A DNA stretch of 64,000 nucleotides from NCBI GenBank assembly GCA_963764165.1, contig CAVXRD010000001.1, positions 352,001 to 416,000 on the forward strand, read 5' to 3'. The notes beneath the pieces were generated by a model. That model made no database searches. It worked only from the letters and a program-made list of their open reading frames with translations, and was not told where the DNA came from. A program made the position numbers and the translations under genes. Position 1 is the stretch's first letter. Each line of letters opens with the position of its first letter. Source of the stretch: an uncultured Verrucomicrobiae bacterium. Lineage in GTDB: Bacteria > Verrucomicrobiota > Verrucomicrobiia > Limisphaerales > Palsa-1400. Below, piece after piece: positions 33,356 through 41,880 of this stretch.

Positions 33356-33721
33356 ATGATCATAAAAAATCTCAAACTGCTGGGACTGTTCTCCATAACC
33401 GCTGCCTTGGCCACGGGCTGTGCCGTTCAAGTCAGACCCCCGGTGGTGGAAGTGGCCGCCCCCCAGGTTGAAGTTTCGGTGGGCGTGCCGGACGCCTATA
33501 CTTGGGACGGTGTCGAATATGTCGGTTTTGTTGGCGGTCAGTATATGTATTTGGGGCCCGGAGGAAGCTGGCTGGTATGCGATCCCGTCCGGCTTGAGCG
33601 CTTCCACGGATGGGAGCGGGGCCACCCGGATTGGCGGCGCACTGCCATTCGCAACGAGGGTCGCAACGCGCGCGGCAGAGGACCGGTCCGAAAGGAAGAG
33701 AGACACGAAGAGCGGAAATGA
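33356..33721 (+). CDS. Hypothetical lipoprotein
   Basis: Lipobox ATGC; Trp/Gly-rich core; Arg/Glu-rich tail. Confidence 0.7.
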   Translation: MIIKNLKLLGLFSITAALATGCAVQVRPPVVEVAAPQVEVSVGVPDAYTWDGVEYVGFVGGQYMYLGPGGSWLVCDPVRLERFHGWERGHPDWRRTAIRNEGRNARGRGPVRKEERHEERK

Positions 33722-33783
33722 GATTCTGCTATTAGGATTATTGCCAAAGCAAACTGTGCCGCAGGGAAAAGACGCCCGTGCGG

Positions 33784-35025
33784 CTAACCTTCCGCGCTGA
33801 TCTTCTCCATCCACTCAGGAACCGGCGCGTCTTCAACGGCGGGGCGAAGGAAACGCGACAGCGGAATGCACGCTAGAACCAGCGTGGCGGACATGAATCC
33901 CACGATTGGGAAATTCCGCAATTCACCCGTCGGCGAATCTGTGATCAAACCGCTTACGTACGTGGCAAGCCCAAGGCTGAATTGCTGCACCGACGAATTC
34001 GCACTCATGAATCCCCCGCGGTACTGCGATTTCACGCTTCCGGTGATCATCGCCATCGCCGGCACCGAACGTCCCGACATGCAGACCATGAACAGCGCGC
34101 AGACCGCTATGCCGGTTACTAATGGCACCGGGGGCAGATTCGTAAAAATCAACACCGGCACCACCGCACACACTGAAACAATCCAAAACACCCGCGGCTT
34201 CCCCACCCGGTCCGACCAGCGCCCGATATAGTTCATGCTGCCGAATGTGCAAAGCCCGCTCACCAAATAAATTAACGGCAAATGCTCCTCGCTCATCCCC
34301 GCGTTCTTCTCCATGTAAGTTGGGATGAACGGAAAGATGAGCGCCCCGCCGCACGTCAAACCGGCCATCAGCAAAAACGCCATCTGATGATCCCGTTCCA
34401 TCCAGACCGACAAAACGCGAGTGACCGGATGCGATTGCCGGGCGCGGGCCAGGTGATTCCGCATCGGCGGAAAAAACCACATGCAAAACGGCAGAATAAC
34501 TGCCGCCAAACCCGCCAGCACATAAAACGGCGCGTGCCAATTCGAGAGATGCTTTAAATAAAGCCCGCAAGGCACACCAATCGTCGAAGCCACAGAGAAA
34601 GCCGACATCACCAATCCCATCGCCGCCCCGCGCCGCTGTTCGGGCACCGCATCGCCGATGATGGCGAGAATCAGCGCGCCAGTGACCCCGGCAAACGCGC
34701 CTGCCAGCGCCCGCGCCGCAACCAGCAAATGGTAAGTTGGAGCCACCGCGCAAAAGAGCGTGCCGGCCGCGAACCCGGTAAAAAGCACCAGCAACGCGCT
34801 TTTCCGATCAAAATAATCCAGGAAAAACCCCGCCAAAACCCCGGTAATCCCGGCAGCGACCGCGTAAGCCGAGACAATCAGCCCAAACTGGCTGGAAGTA
34901 ATGTGCAAAACCTCCACATAAGTCGGCCCCAGCGGGAGAACGATGAGGAAGTCGAGCACCGTGACAAACTGGATGGCCGCCAGCATTATCAGCAGCATCC
35001 ATTCTTTTCGAGCATTCGAATTCAA
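33784..35025 (-). CDS. MFS transporter
   Basis: About 12 TMs; D.FDRK and SDRVGK loops; RRGAAMG. Confidence 0.92.
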   Translation of the reverse strand: MNSNARKEWMLLIMLAAIQFVTVLDFLIVLPLGPTYVEVLHITSSQFGLIVSAYAVAAGITGVLAGFFLDYFDRKSALLVLFTGFAAGTLFCAVAPTYHLLVAARALAGAFAGVTGALILAIIGDAVPEQRRGAAMGLVMSAFSVASTIGVPCGLYLKHLSNWHAPFYVLAGLAAVILPFCMWFFPPMRNHLARARQSHPVTRVLSVWMERDHQMAFLLMAGLTCGGALIFPFIPTYMEKNAGMSEEHLPLIYLVSGLCTFGSMNYIGRWSDRVGKPRVFWIVSVCAVVPVLIFTNLPPVPLVTGIAVCALFMVCMSGRSVPAMAMITGSVKSQYRGGFMSANSSVQQFSLGLATYVSGLITDSPTGELRNFPIVGFMSATLVLACIPLSRFLRPAVEDAPVPEWMEKISAEG

Positions 35026-35031
35026 GTGCGG

Positions 35032-35060
35032 AAGTTAAGGCACAACCGATTGTTGCGCAA
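35032..35060 (-). promoter_or_regulatory. Sigma70-like promoter, probably leaderless
   Basis: TTGCGC-17 bp-TAACTT-6 nt-TTG(35025). Confidence 0.5.
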
Positions 35061-35086
35061 GGAGAGGCAAAAGGAGGCCGCCGTTC

Positions 35087-35230
35087 ATGTTCGGCATGGG
35101 GGTTCGCATCGGTTCGATGGATTTGAAAATCGCCTGCGTCGCCATGGCGCACGACGCCACGCTTCTCACGCGCAACGTCAGGGACTTTGCCGAAGCCTCT
35201 AGCCTGCGATTCGAGAATTGGATCGAGTAA
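35087..35230 (+). pseudogene. C-terminal remnant of a VapC/PIN-domain toxin
   Basis: VRIGSMDLKIACVAMAHDATLLTRNVRDF...LRFENW*; the N-terminal two thirds are missing; not in the ORF track. Confidence 0.75.
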
Positions 35231-35379
35231 ATGTGCTCGAATGGTTTAAGGATGGGAGGAACAGATCCGCATAAAGCGTATTATTGACCGACGCAGGTAA
35301 CGCAAGGATGAAAATTGCGGGAGGATATTCTTACCGGCGGACCGAATAAACGATGCGCGCGAAACCAACTTCGGTCTCC

Positions 35380-35495
35380 TTTCCTGAGTTCGGGCGTTCT
35401 AGATTCAATTTTTCCTAATATTTCTTCAAAAATCGTGCCTAAAAACCTCTGGTAGGTTTTCTGTTTTCATTTCCATGTGCCAAGCTGCCTCGATG
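35380..35495 (+). repeat. Dispersed ~115-bp element, copy B
   Basis: Aligns with 2283-2397; ATG 44 nt after CTGGTAGG. Confidence 0.85.
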
Positions 35496-35750
35496 AATAA
35501 TATTATATATGTGAGTTTGAGTTTGGGTTTGATCGTGTAGATGGGGCTGGTCGTGGGTTTGGCCGAAGCACCCTTCCCATTCGGCCTTCCAAGCAGGCGC
35601 GGCAAGCCGCAAAGTCAAAATCGGGCAGTTCCGTTGTTCACGCGAACCCCCTTCCCGCGCTAAGGCTACGGAATGCAGCCCGGATGCCTTGGCGAGATAT
35701 TCTCTGCCTTTTCCTGGCGCCGCAACGAGCGGCGTGTGTCATGGAACGAG

Positions 35751-35847
35751 TATCACCTAATCGCAGCAAGTCGCACCAAATCGCACCAAATCGCACCAAA
35801 TCGCACCAAATCGCACCAAATCGCACCAAATCGCACCAAATCGCACC
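35751..35847 (+). repeat. 10-bp tandem repeat (tcgcaccaaa)
   Basis: 7 perfect copies at 35771-35840 plus degenerate or partial flanking units. Confidence 0.95.
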
Positions 35848-35993
35848 TGTTTTTTGAAAAAATCGCGGGAAAAGCAGAACGCTCAAGGACCATCATTGCG
35901 TATAAATTTTATTGCTTCGCCCCGCCCGCTGGGGGACCCGTTGCCCGCGAAACGGAATTGATTGGCTGGCCGAGTTCGGGAATCGTTGGCCGC

Positions 35994-36923
35994 GTGCAAA
36001 CGAAACCGCGTCATGGTGCCATCGCCTCCGGCCTGGTGGCGGCGGTGTTGCTTTGGGGCGGAAACAATACGGGCGTTAAGGTGCTGGTCAAACAATGGCC
36101 CGCGCTGACGACCGGCAGCACGCGTTTCATCGCGGCGGGCCTCCTGATGCTGGCGGTCTTCCGCTGGACGAACTGGCTTGGCAAGCAAGTCCCCATGTCG
36201 GCCGAAACGAAACGCATTCTATGGACGCGATGCGCCCTGAGTTTCGCCGTCTACATTGCGCTGTTCAACTGGGCGTTGCAGTTGACAGCGCTTTCGCACG
36301 TTGCCGTATACCTTGCGGCTGCGCCGGTTTGGGCGCTGCTGTGGGAAGGATGGCCGGAACCCAATTGGAAATCCGCGCAACGCTACGGCGCAGCCGCGCT
36401 CGCCTTCAGCGGCGTGCTGGTGCTCTTCCTCCCCACCCTGCTCCACGCGAAAGCCGGCAGCGTCCTGGGCGAAGTTCTGGGGCTGGCGTGCAGCGTCCTC
36501 TGGACAAATTTCGGCGAGCAATGCCGTGCGCTCGGCAGCGAAATTCCCGGCCCGCAAGTCACCGCCCAAACTTTTTGGCGGGCGGGAATTCTGATGGCGC
36601 CGCTTTCATTGGTTGAATTGGCGACGGGCAGCAAAATGCCGCTGACGGCTTCGCTGATCGGCATTCAGATATTCTGCACCATTTTCGGCGGCGTTGTGGC
36701 GTTTGCGCTGTGGAATCACGGCTTGCGCCATTGGAAAACGAGTCAAGTCTATCTTTTCAGCAATCTCATCCCTCTCAGCAACATGGCATGGGCGCACGCA
36801 TGCCTCCACGAACCAATCACCACGCGCTTTTGGATTTCGACGCTGCTCATTATAACTGGCGTGCTCATGAGCCAGGCCAATTGGCAACGCATCTTCGGCA
36901 TGCGCTGGCTGCCGACGGATTAG
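35994..36923 (+). CDS. DMT/EamA-family transporter
   Basis: LLWGGN...RF, about 10 TMs, duplicated EamA architecture; GTG start chosen. Confidence 0.87.
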   Translation: MQTKPRHGAIASGLVAAVLLWGGNNTGVKVLVKQWPALTTGSTRFIAAGLLMLAVFRWTNWLGKQVPMSAETKRILWTRCALSFAVYIALFNWALQLTALSHVAVYLAAAPVWALLWEGWPEPNWKSAQRYGAAALAFSGVLVLFLPTLLHAKAGSVLGEVLGLACSVLWTNFGEQCRALGSEIPGPQVTAQTFWRAGILMAPLSLVELATGSKMPLTASLIGIQIFCTIFGGVVAFALWNHGLRHWKTSQVYLFSNLIPLSNMAWAHACLHEPITTRFWISTLLIITGVLMSQANWQRIFGMRWLPTD

Positions 36924-36998
36924 GCGGAGAGGAAAAGATCCCAACCTTCACTGTAAGACGCACTCAATATGATCCGATGCGGCCATGCTGGAGGCGGG

Positions 36999-37032
36999 TT
37001 GACTCGGTCACAGGATGATGTAGGATTCATCC
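36999..37032 (+). promoter_or_regulatory. TA promoter with overlapping palindromic operator
   Basis: TTGACT-16 bp-TAGGAT-6 nt-ATG; inverted repeat ggatga (37013-18) / tcatcc (37027-32) brackets the -10. Confidence 0.65.
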
Positions 37033-37314
37033 ATGAAGTCCGACACGTATCCGTTAGCTGTGCCGCCCGAACTGCTCGGGGAGGTGCGAAGGGCTTCCCG
37101 GGATTTGGGCCTCTCCATGGCGGACATCATGCGGCAGAGCATGAAGCTGGGGTTGCCCAAACTTCGCGAGCAGTTAGACCCCGAACCGCCAAAGAATCTA
37201 AAGCCATTGTCGAAAGCGGAGTCCCGCCGGTGTTACCAGCAGCCGAACGACGAATTTGACGCGCTGGAACATCATCTCGCCAGCCTGCCCTCGCCGCCTC
37301 CTGACGCGGAATGA
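37033..37314 (+). CDS. Ribbon-helix-helix-like antitoxin
   Basis: TYPLAV strand + PPELLGEVRRAS..LG + SMADIMR; ATGA overlap with the toxin. Confidence 0.7.
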   Translation: MKSDTYPLAVPPELLGEVRRASRDLGLSMADIMRQSMKLGLPKLREQLDPEPPKNLKPLSKAESRRCYQQPNDEFDALEHHLASLPSPPPDAE

Positions 37315-37634
37315 AAGCCTGGGACATTTTCAGTTGGCAGCCTACCGGTTGGCCGGAGCCCCATCCAGCGATCATCGTTTCCCATCCCGACAGGGTGGCA
37401 TTCAAACCGGATGTGACCGTATTGGTATGCACCTCGCGAAGAGCGACCCGGCAACCGGAACCCAATGAGGTCATTCTCGACGCCAATGACGGCCTGGATT
37501 GGCCGACGCTATGCAAGTGCGACCTGCTCTACACCATCCAAAAAGCGGATCTGCACAATCGTCGTGGAGCGGTCAGCGCCGAACGCAGAAGGCAGATCAT
37601 TGCCACGATCAATCGCGCCAACGGTTGGCATTGA
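37311..37634 (+). CDS. PemK/MazF-family toxin
   Basis: WDIF..., HPAIIVS, VLVCTS, GL...T...CD.L.TI.K..L..R.G.VS. Confidence 0.8.
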   Translation: MKAWDIFSWQPTGWPEPHPAIIVSHPDRVAFKPDVTVLVCTSRRATRQPEPNEVILDANDGLDWPTLCKCDLLYTIQKADLHNRRGAVSAERRRQIIATINRANGWH

Positions 37635-37811
37635 AGCGGCTTGCGACAGTCGAACGCTTGGTTGCACGAACCGATCACCAAGCAGTTCTGGTAGGCTCGC
37701 TTGTTTTAGCATGCGGACAGGCTGTTGATGAAGTTTGGCTGAACACCCGATCATTTAAATGTGTGAGAAAGACGGGGCTTTGACGCCTAGCCCTGTTCCG
37801 AAACTAATCGT

Positions 37812-38219
37812 ATGACAGACCACGATCCCACCATCCGCATCGAACATTTTCCCGACGGCAGCGATGATGCACCCCTAATCTTGATCTGGGGCTACGATAT
37901 CCAAGCCACCCGTGACTTGTTCCATTCAATTCGGGCGCTTCGCGATGGAAGGGAACAGGAAATTGCGATTCACCGATTGCCACACTTTGAAGGGGTCGGG
38001 GGCTTGGAGCTCTTCGCCCGCATGTCTGAGATTAGTGACCATGGGCCGAAGTGCCGCAACGGACTCATTTTTGATTGGCGACTCTCGGATGAAGAGTGGC
38101 AGCAGGTGGAAGATTTGCTCGCGCCCTTCTGCGACCGATACGCAGCACCGGGGCCACACCAGTGGCTCAACAATTCACGTGGGATTTCTGTGATCTTTTC
38201 GACGGGAAGAGGATGGTAG
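37812..38219 (+). CDS. Hypothetical protein
   Basis: 135-aa ORF with globular-looking composition; no family recognised. Confidence 0.6.
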   Translation: MTDHDPTIRIEHFPDGSDDAPLILIWGYDIQATRDLFHSIRALRDGREQEIAIHRLPHFEGVGGLELFARMSEISDHGPKCRNGLIFDWRLSDEEWQQVEDLLAPFCDRYAAPGPHQWLNNSRGISVIFSTGRGW

Positions 38220-38279
38220 ATATCGCTCTTTCTACCGGACTGGCGCACGTTCAGTGGGGGGGAATTTGAACATTTGTTT

Positions 38280-38309
38280 CCGGTGGTGTCGCTTTCGCTC
38301 AACCACCGG
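38280..38309. repeat. REP-like hairpin
   Basis: ccggtggt...accaccgg stem. Confidence 0.55.
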
Positions 38310-38343
38310 CTATTGGCTGCCATCCCCTCCGGCATGCCGTCCG

Positions 38344-38617
38344 CTAGTGTAGTGTCTCTTAAATCGCTTTACATTCGTTGCGTCGCATTTGGCCTGTGGC
38401 TAGGCGCGACGAAGGAGCATCCCTTCATGGGGCTGTGACTGAGGAGCAACGACGCCACAGGCCAAATGCGACGCAACCCGCAGGGCGGCAGGTCTTTTTG
38501 ACGCAGGCCGCGTTGCTCGCTCCTCACAGATCCATGCGGATATGCTCGTCGCTCGCGCCTTGCCCCCGTCAAAAATCCCTTGCCGCGAATGTAAAGCGAT
38601 TTAAGAGACTACACTAG
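38344..38617. mobile_element. MITE-like element, CTAG at both ends, ~32-bp terminal inverted repeats
   Basis: ctagtgtag(tg)tctcttaaatcgctttacattcg ... cgaatgtaaagcgatttaagagactacactag; internal perfect 24-bp inverted repeat 38377-38400/38454-38477. Confidence 0.85.
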
Positions 38618-41343
38618 GATAGGCCAGCAGGCTCGTCTCCATCGACGGGTGGCCGTCCATCCGCGCCGGCGCCGTCCAAATCAATAAGAATGTCCCGGGG
38701 CTCCGCGCCTTTGCTGGGGCCGACGATTCCGCGCAATTCCAATTCGTCCATGATGCGCGCGGCTCGCGTGTAACCAAGGCGCAATCGGCGCTGCATGAGC
38801 GAGACGCTGGCTTTCTGCTCGCTGCGGATGACTTCGATGCATTGCTGGATCAATTCCTCGTCCTCGTCGCTCGCGCCATTCTCGACGTCCATGCCGCTGC
38901 TGCTGCTGACTTTCTGCAATTGCTTGTGGATTTCCAGTTCGTAACTTGGTTTGCCCTGCGTGGCGATGTAGTCAACTATTGTTTGCAGCTCGCCATCGGT
39001 GATGAGCGCGCCCTGCACGCGAATCAATCTGGCCGAGCCGGGCGGCAGATAGAGCATGTCGCCCTTGCCCAGCAATTTGTCCGCGCCCATTGCGTCAAGA
39101 ATAGTTCTGGAATCGACTTTGGCCGCCACCTGGAATGCGATGCGCGCCGGGATGTTGGCTTTAATCACGCCGGTGATGACGTCTACGCTGGGCCGCTGCG
39201 TGGCGACGATGCAATGGATGCCCGCCGCGCGCGCCATCTGCGTAATGCGCGCAATCGCCATTTCAACATCCGCCGGCGCCACGAGCATGAGGTCCGCCAA
39301 TTCGTCAATAATAACAACGATGTAGCTCAGGCGATCGGGAATGACGATTTCCTCCTCGCGCGGCACCACAATTTCCTCGTCGAGTTCCACCGCGAAACCT
39401 TCCGAACTGGCCTCGACCTTCTCCTTTTTGCTCATCAGCGGCAACTCGGGCTCCGGAGGAGGAAGCGGCTTGTTCTTTGGCCGCTCGTTGAATGAGCGAA
39501 TATTGCGCACGCCGACTTTGGCGAAAATCTGGTAGCGCTTTTCCATTTCGTTGACAACCCAGCGCAAGGCGAGAATCACCTTTTTCGGATCGGTCACAAC
39601 CGGCACGACAAGGTGCGGCAAAGCGTTGTATTGCTGCAATTCGACCACCTTCGGATCAATCATCACGAAGCGCAATTGATCCGGCGGAAAACGATAGAGC
39701 AGCGACGCAATAATGGCGTTGATGCAAACGGATTTTCCGGAGCCGGTGCTGCCCGCAATCAGCAAGTGCGGCATCTCCGCGAGGTCGGCGACGATGGGGA
39801 CGCCGTAAACATCCTTTCCGAGAACGAGCGGAATGCGGGCCTTGGTGTTGCGCCATTCGTCAGAATCGAAAATGTCCCGCATGATTACCTTCGTCTTGAC
39901 AAGGTTCGGGACTTCCACGCCGACGGAGCTTTTCCCGGGAACGGGCGCAAGGACGTTGATGCGTTCCGCCTTCAGCGCGGCCGCGATATTATTGCTCAAG
40001 CCGACAATGCGTTCGAGTTTGACGCCCGGCGCGGGATGCAATTCGTAACGCGTGATGGTCGGGCCTTTGGTTATGTCGCCGAGAGCGACATCGATGCCGA
40101 ATTGCGCCAGCGTCTGCTGCATGAGCTTGGCGTTGGCCATCAATTCCTCCCGTGTCTCGGTCGGCTTAAGAGAAGTGTCGGGATACTGGAGAAAATCGAG
40201 CGGCGGCAATGTGTAATTGCCGATCTTCGGAGTGGAAGCAACCGCGATGGGCTTCTTCCGCGGCGCGGGGCGTCCGCGAGCGGGAACAGGCAACGGCGCG
40301 GGCGGCTGCGCCGGAAGTGCGTCGGTTGCGGCAGAAGGCGCAGAGGCGGCCATCTCTGCTTCCATCGGCGCGGCCTCCCCAGGTTCCTCGACTTTGGCAA
40401 TTTCCGGTTCTGGCTCGGGCTTGGGCTGTGCGGCCGGTTTGCGCCCAAGGATATCCGACGCAGTTGCGGCGGCCACTTCGCGCGCGGTGATGACCATGCC
40501 CACTTCCGCGGGCGTCGATGTCTTGGCCGGTTCCGGCGCGGGTTTTTCTGGCGCGGGCTTTTTCGGGCGGTCGCCGGGCTTCCCTTGCGGAACGCTCATG
40601 TCGCGCACGGTTGGCTCCGGCACGGGCTGCATATCCGCGCCGAGGCCGATGGGTTCCAAAACTTTCGGCACGGTGCCACGCGTCGTTTTGTCGACTTGAT
40701 CCTGCAATTTGCGCGCCTGCTTTTCCAATTCGCGCGCGCGGCGCTCCAACTCGGTTTCGCTTTGCGTTTTGGCCTCCTGTTTGGAGGCAATAAACTGGCG
40801 GCACCACGCGCCGAGTTGGAAGTTTGTCAGGTACATCAAGCTGATGATGTAGGCCGCGCCTAGAACGATGCCTGCTCCGACGCGGCCGACATAATGCAGG
40901 ACGTGCCTGTCAAGAAATTGGCCAATCAAGCCGCCCATCGGCGTGTTCATCGTATGCTGCAGGCTTTGCACCCAGCCGAAGCTGTTCTCCATCATGCTCG
41001 CCATGCACATGCAGCAGACAAGCAAAACGATGCCCCAGGGCCAGCGAGTCTGGAGGTATGCCAGGAAGCGGAAAAGATAACCGATGCCGAACAGCAGCAT
41101 CAGCACAGGCAGCACGAACGCGCCCACGCCAAAAATCCAAAACAGCAAATACGCCACCCATGCGCCGAGCGGTCCGCCGAGGTTGCGCATGGGATTATTG
41201 GGCGCGGTGCCGTTGGTCGCCAAATCGTGCGAATCATAAGAGAGCAACGCCACCAAAAGGAGAAGGGCGGCGGAGCCCAGCAAAATGCCAATGACATCGT
41301 GCAGGCCGTGGGGCTTTGTCGGGGACGCTTCTTTGCGAGCCAT
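38614..41343 (-). CDS. ftsK: DNA translocase FtsK
   Basis: N-terminal TMs, Pro-rich linker, HLLIAGSTGSGKS, IDELADLM, ATQRPSVDVITG, gamma domain QRRLRLGYTRAAR. Confidence 0.96.
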   Translation of the reverse strand: MARKEASPTKPHGLHDVIGILLGSAALLLLVALLSYDSHDLATNGTAPNNPMRNLGGPLGAWVAYLLFWIFGVGAFVLPVLMLLFGIGYLFRFLAYLQTRWPWGIVLLVCCMCMASMMENSFGWVQSLQHTMNTPMGGLIGQFLDRHVLHYVGRVGAGIVLGAAYIISLMYLTNFQLGAWCRQFIASKQEAKTQSETELERRARELEKQARKLQDQVDKTTRGTVPKVLEPIGLGADMQPVPEPTVRDMSVPQGKPGDRPKKPAPEKPAPEPAKTSTPAEVGMVITAREVAAATASDILGRKPAAQPKPEPEPEIAKVEEPGEAAPMEAEMAASAPSAATDALPAQPPAPLPVPARGRPAPRKKPIAVASTPKIGNYTLPPLDFLQYPDTSLKPTETREELMANAKLMQQTLAQFGIDVALGDITKGPTITRYELHPAPGVKLERIVGLSNNIAAALKAERINVLAPVPGKSSVGVEVPNLVKTKVIMRDIFDSDEWRNTKARIPLVLGKDVYGVPIVADLAEMPHLLIAGSTGSGKSVCINAIIASLLYRFPPDQLRFVMIDPKVVELQQYNALPHLVVPVVTDPKKVILALRWVVNEMEKRYQIFAKVGVRNIRSFNERPKNKPLPPPEPELPLMSKKEKVEASSEGFAVELDEEIVVPREEEIVIPDRLSYIVVIIDELADLMLVAPADVEMAIARITQMARAAGIHCIVATQRPSVDVITGVIKANIPARIAFQVAAKVDSRTILDAMGADKLLGKGDMLYLPPGSARLIRVQGALITDGELQTIVDYIATQGKPSYELEIHKQLQKVSSSSGMDVENGASDEDEELIQQCIEVIRSEQKASVSLMQRRLRLGYTRAARIMDELELRGIVGPSKGAEPRDILIDLDGAGADGRPPVDGDEPAGLS

Positions 41344-41351
41344 GAGCTTGG

Positions 41352-41420
41352 AGCTTAGAGCGGTGTGGAAATGCCGTCAACAGGCGTCAACAGGCGTCAG
41401 CCACCGTCAATATCCGTCAA
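41352..41420 (-). promoter_or_regulatory. ftsK promoter candidate within a 10-bp tandem array of TTGACG boxes
   Basis: Five 10-bp units at 41371-41420; last TTGACG-17 bp-TAAGCT-8 nt-ATG. Confidence 0.55.
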
Positions 41421-41510
41421 AATCTCATTTCGCCGGATGCGAAACGCGCGAACTTCCGCGAGCAAGTCATTGCCGCCGCGGCCCGGAGCACCAACCGAAT
41501 ACCTCGTCTT

Positions 41511-41617
41511 CATAAGCTGAGTCTTCCACAACTCGAGCCAAAGGAAAAACCTTCCAGAGGTTTTTTGGCACGATTTTTGGAAGAAAAATGCGGAATTTTG
41601 AATCGGAACTCGGGAAA
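41511..41617 (-). repeat. Dispersed element, copy C
   Basis: tttcccgagttc...caaaaatcgtgccaaaaaacctctggaaggttttt; ATG 44 nt after CTGGAAGG. Confidence 0.8.
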
Positions 41618-41660
41618 GCAGGAAAGGAGGCGTCTGATCGATTGGGCGCGTCGCTTCAGA

Positions 41661-41812
41661 CGGAGCGCGACTGTGTCGAAGACCAGTCGCAGCATGCTCA
41701 ATCCGACATGCGCGGTCGCACACCAGAAGCAGTCAAAATTGCATCTCTCCATTATTGGAGCGCCTCCAATTTATAACATGCTGCGACTGGTCTTCGACAC
41801 AGTCGCGCTCCG
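41661..41812. repeat. GGAG-type REP doublet, perfect 36-bp inverted repeat
   Basis: cggagcgcgactgtgtcgaagaccagtcgcagcatg (41661-41696) and its exact inverse (41777-41812). Confidence 0.92.
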
Positions 41813-41880
41813 TTTCCGGCGTGTCCCGCCAAATCTACTATTTGACGATTGCTTCGGGCTCGGGTAAGGCAACTGTCAAT

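Noticed and set aside
35751..35847. Possible CRISPR array
   Set aside because: Contiguous 10-bp units with no spacers; no cas genes in the window
39330..39490. Pro/Glu-rich insertion in the FtsK motor domain (possible intein)
   Set aside because: Short, lacks intein terminal motifs, and falls in a known variable loop
39613..40863. 416-aa + strand ORF
   Set aside because: Antisense to ftsK
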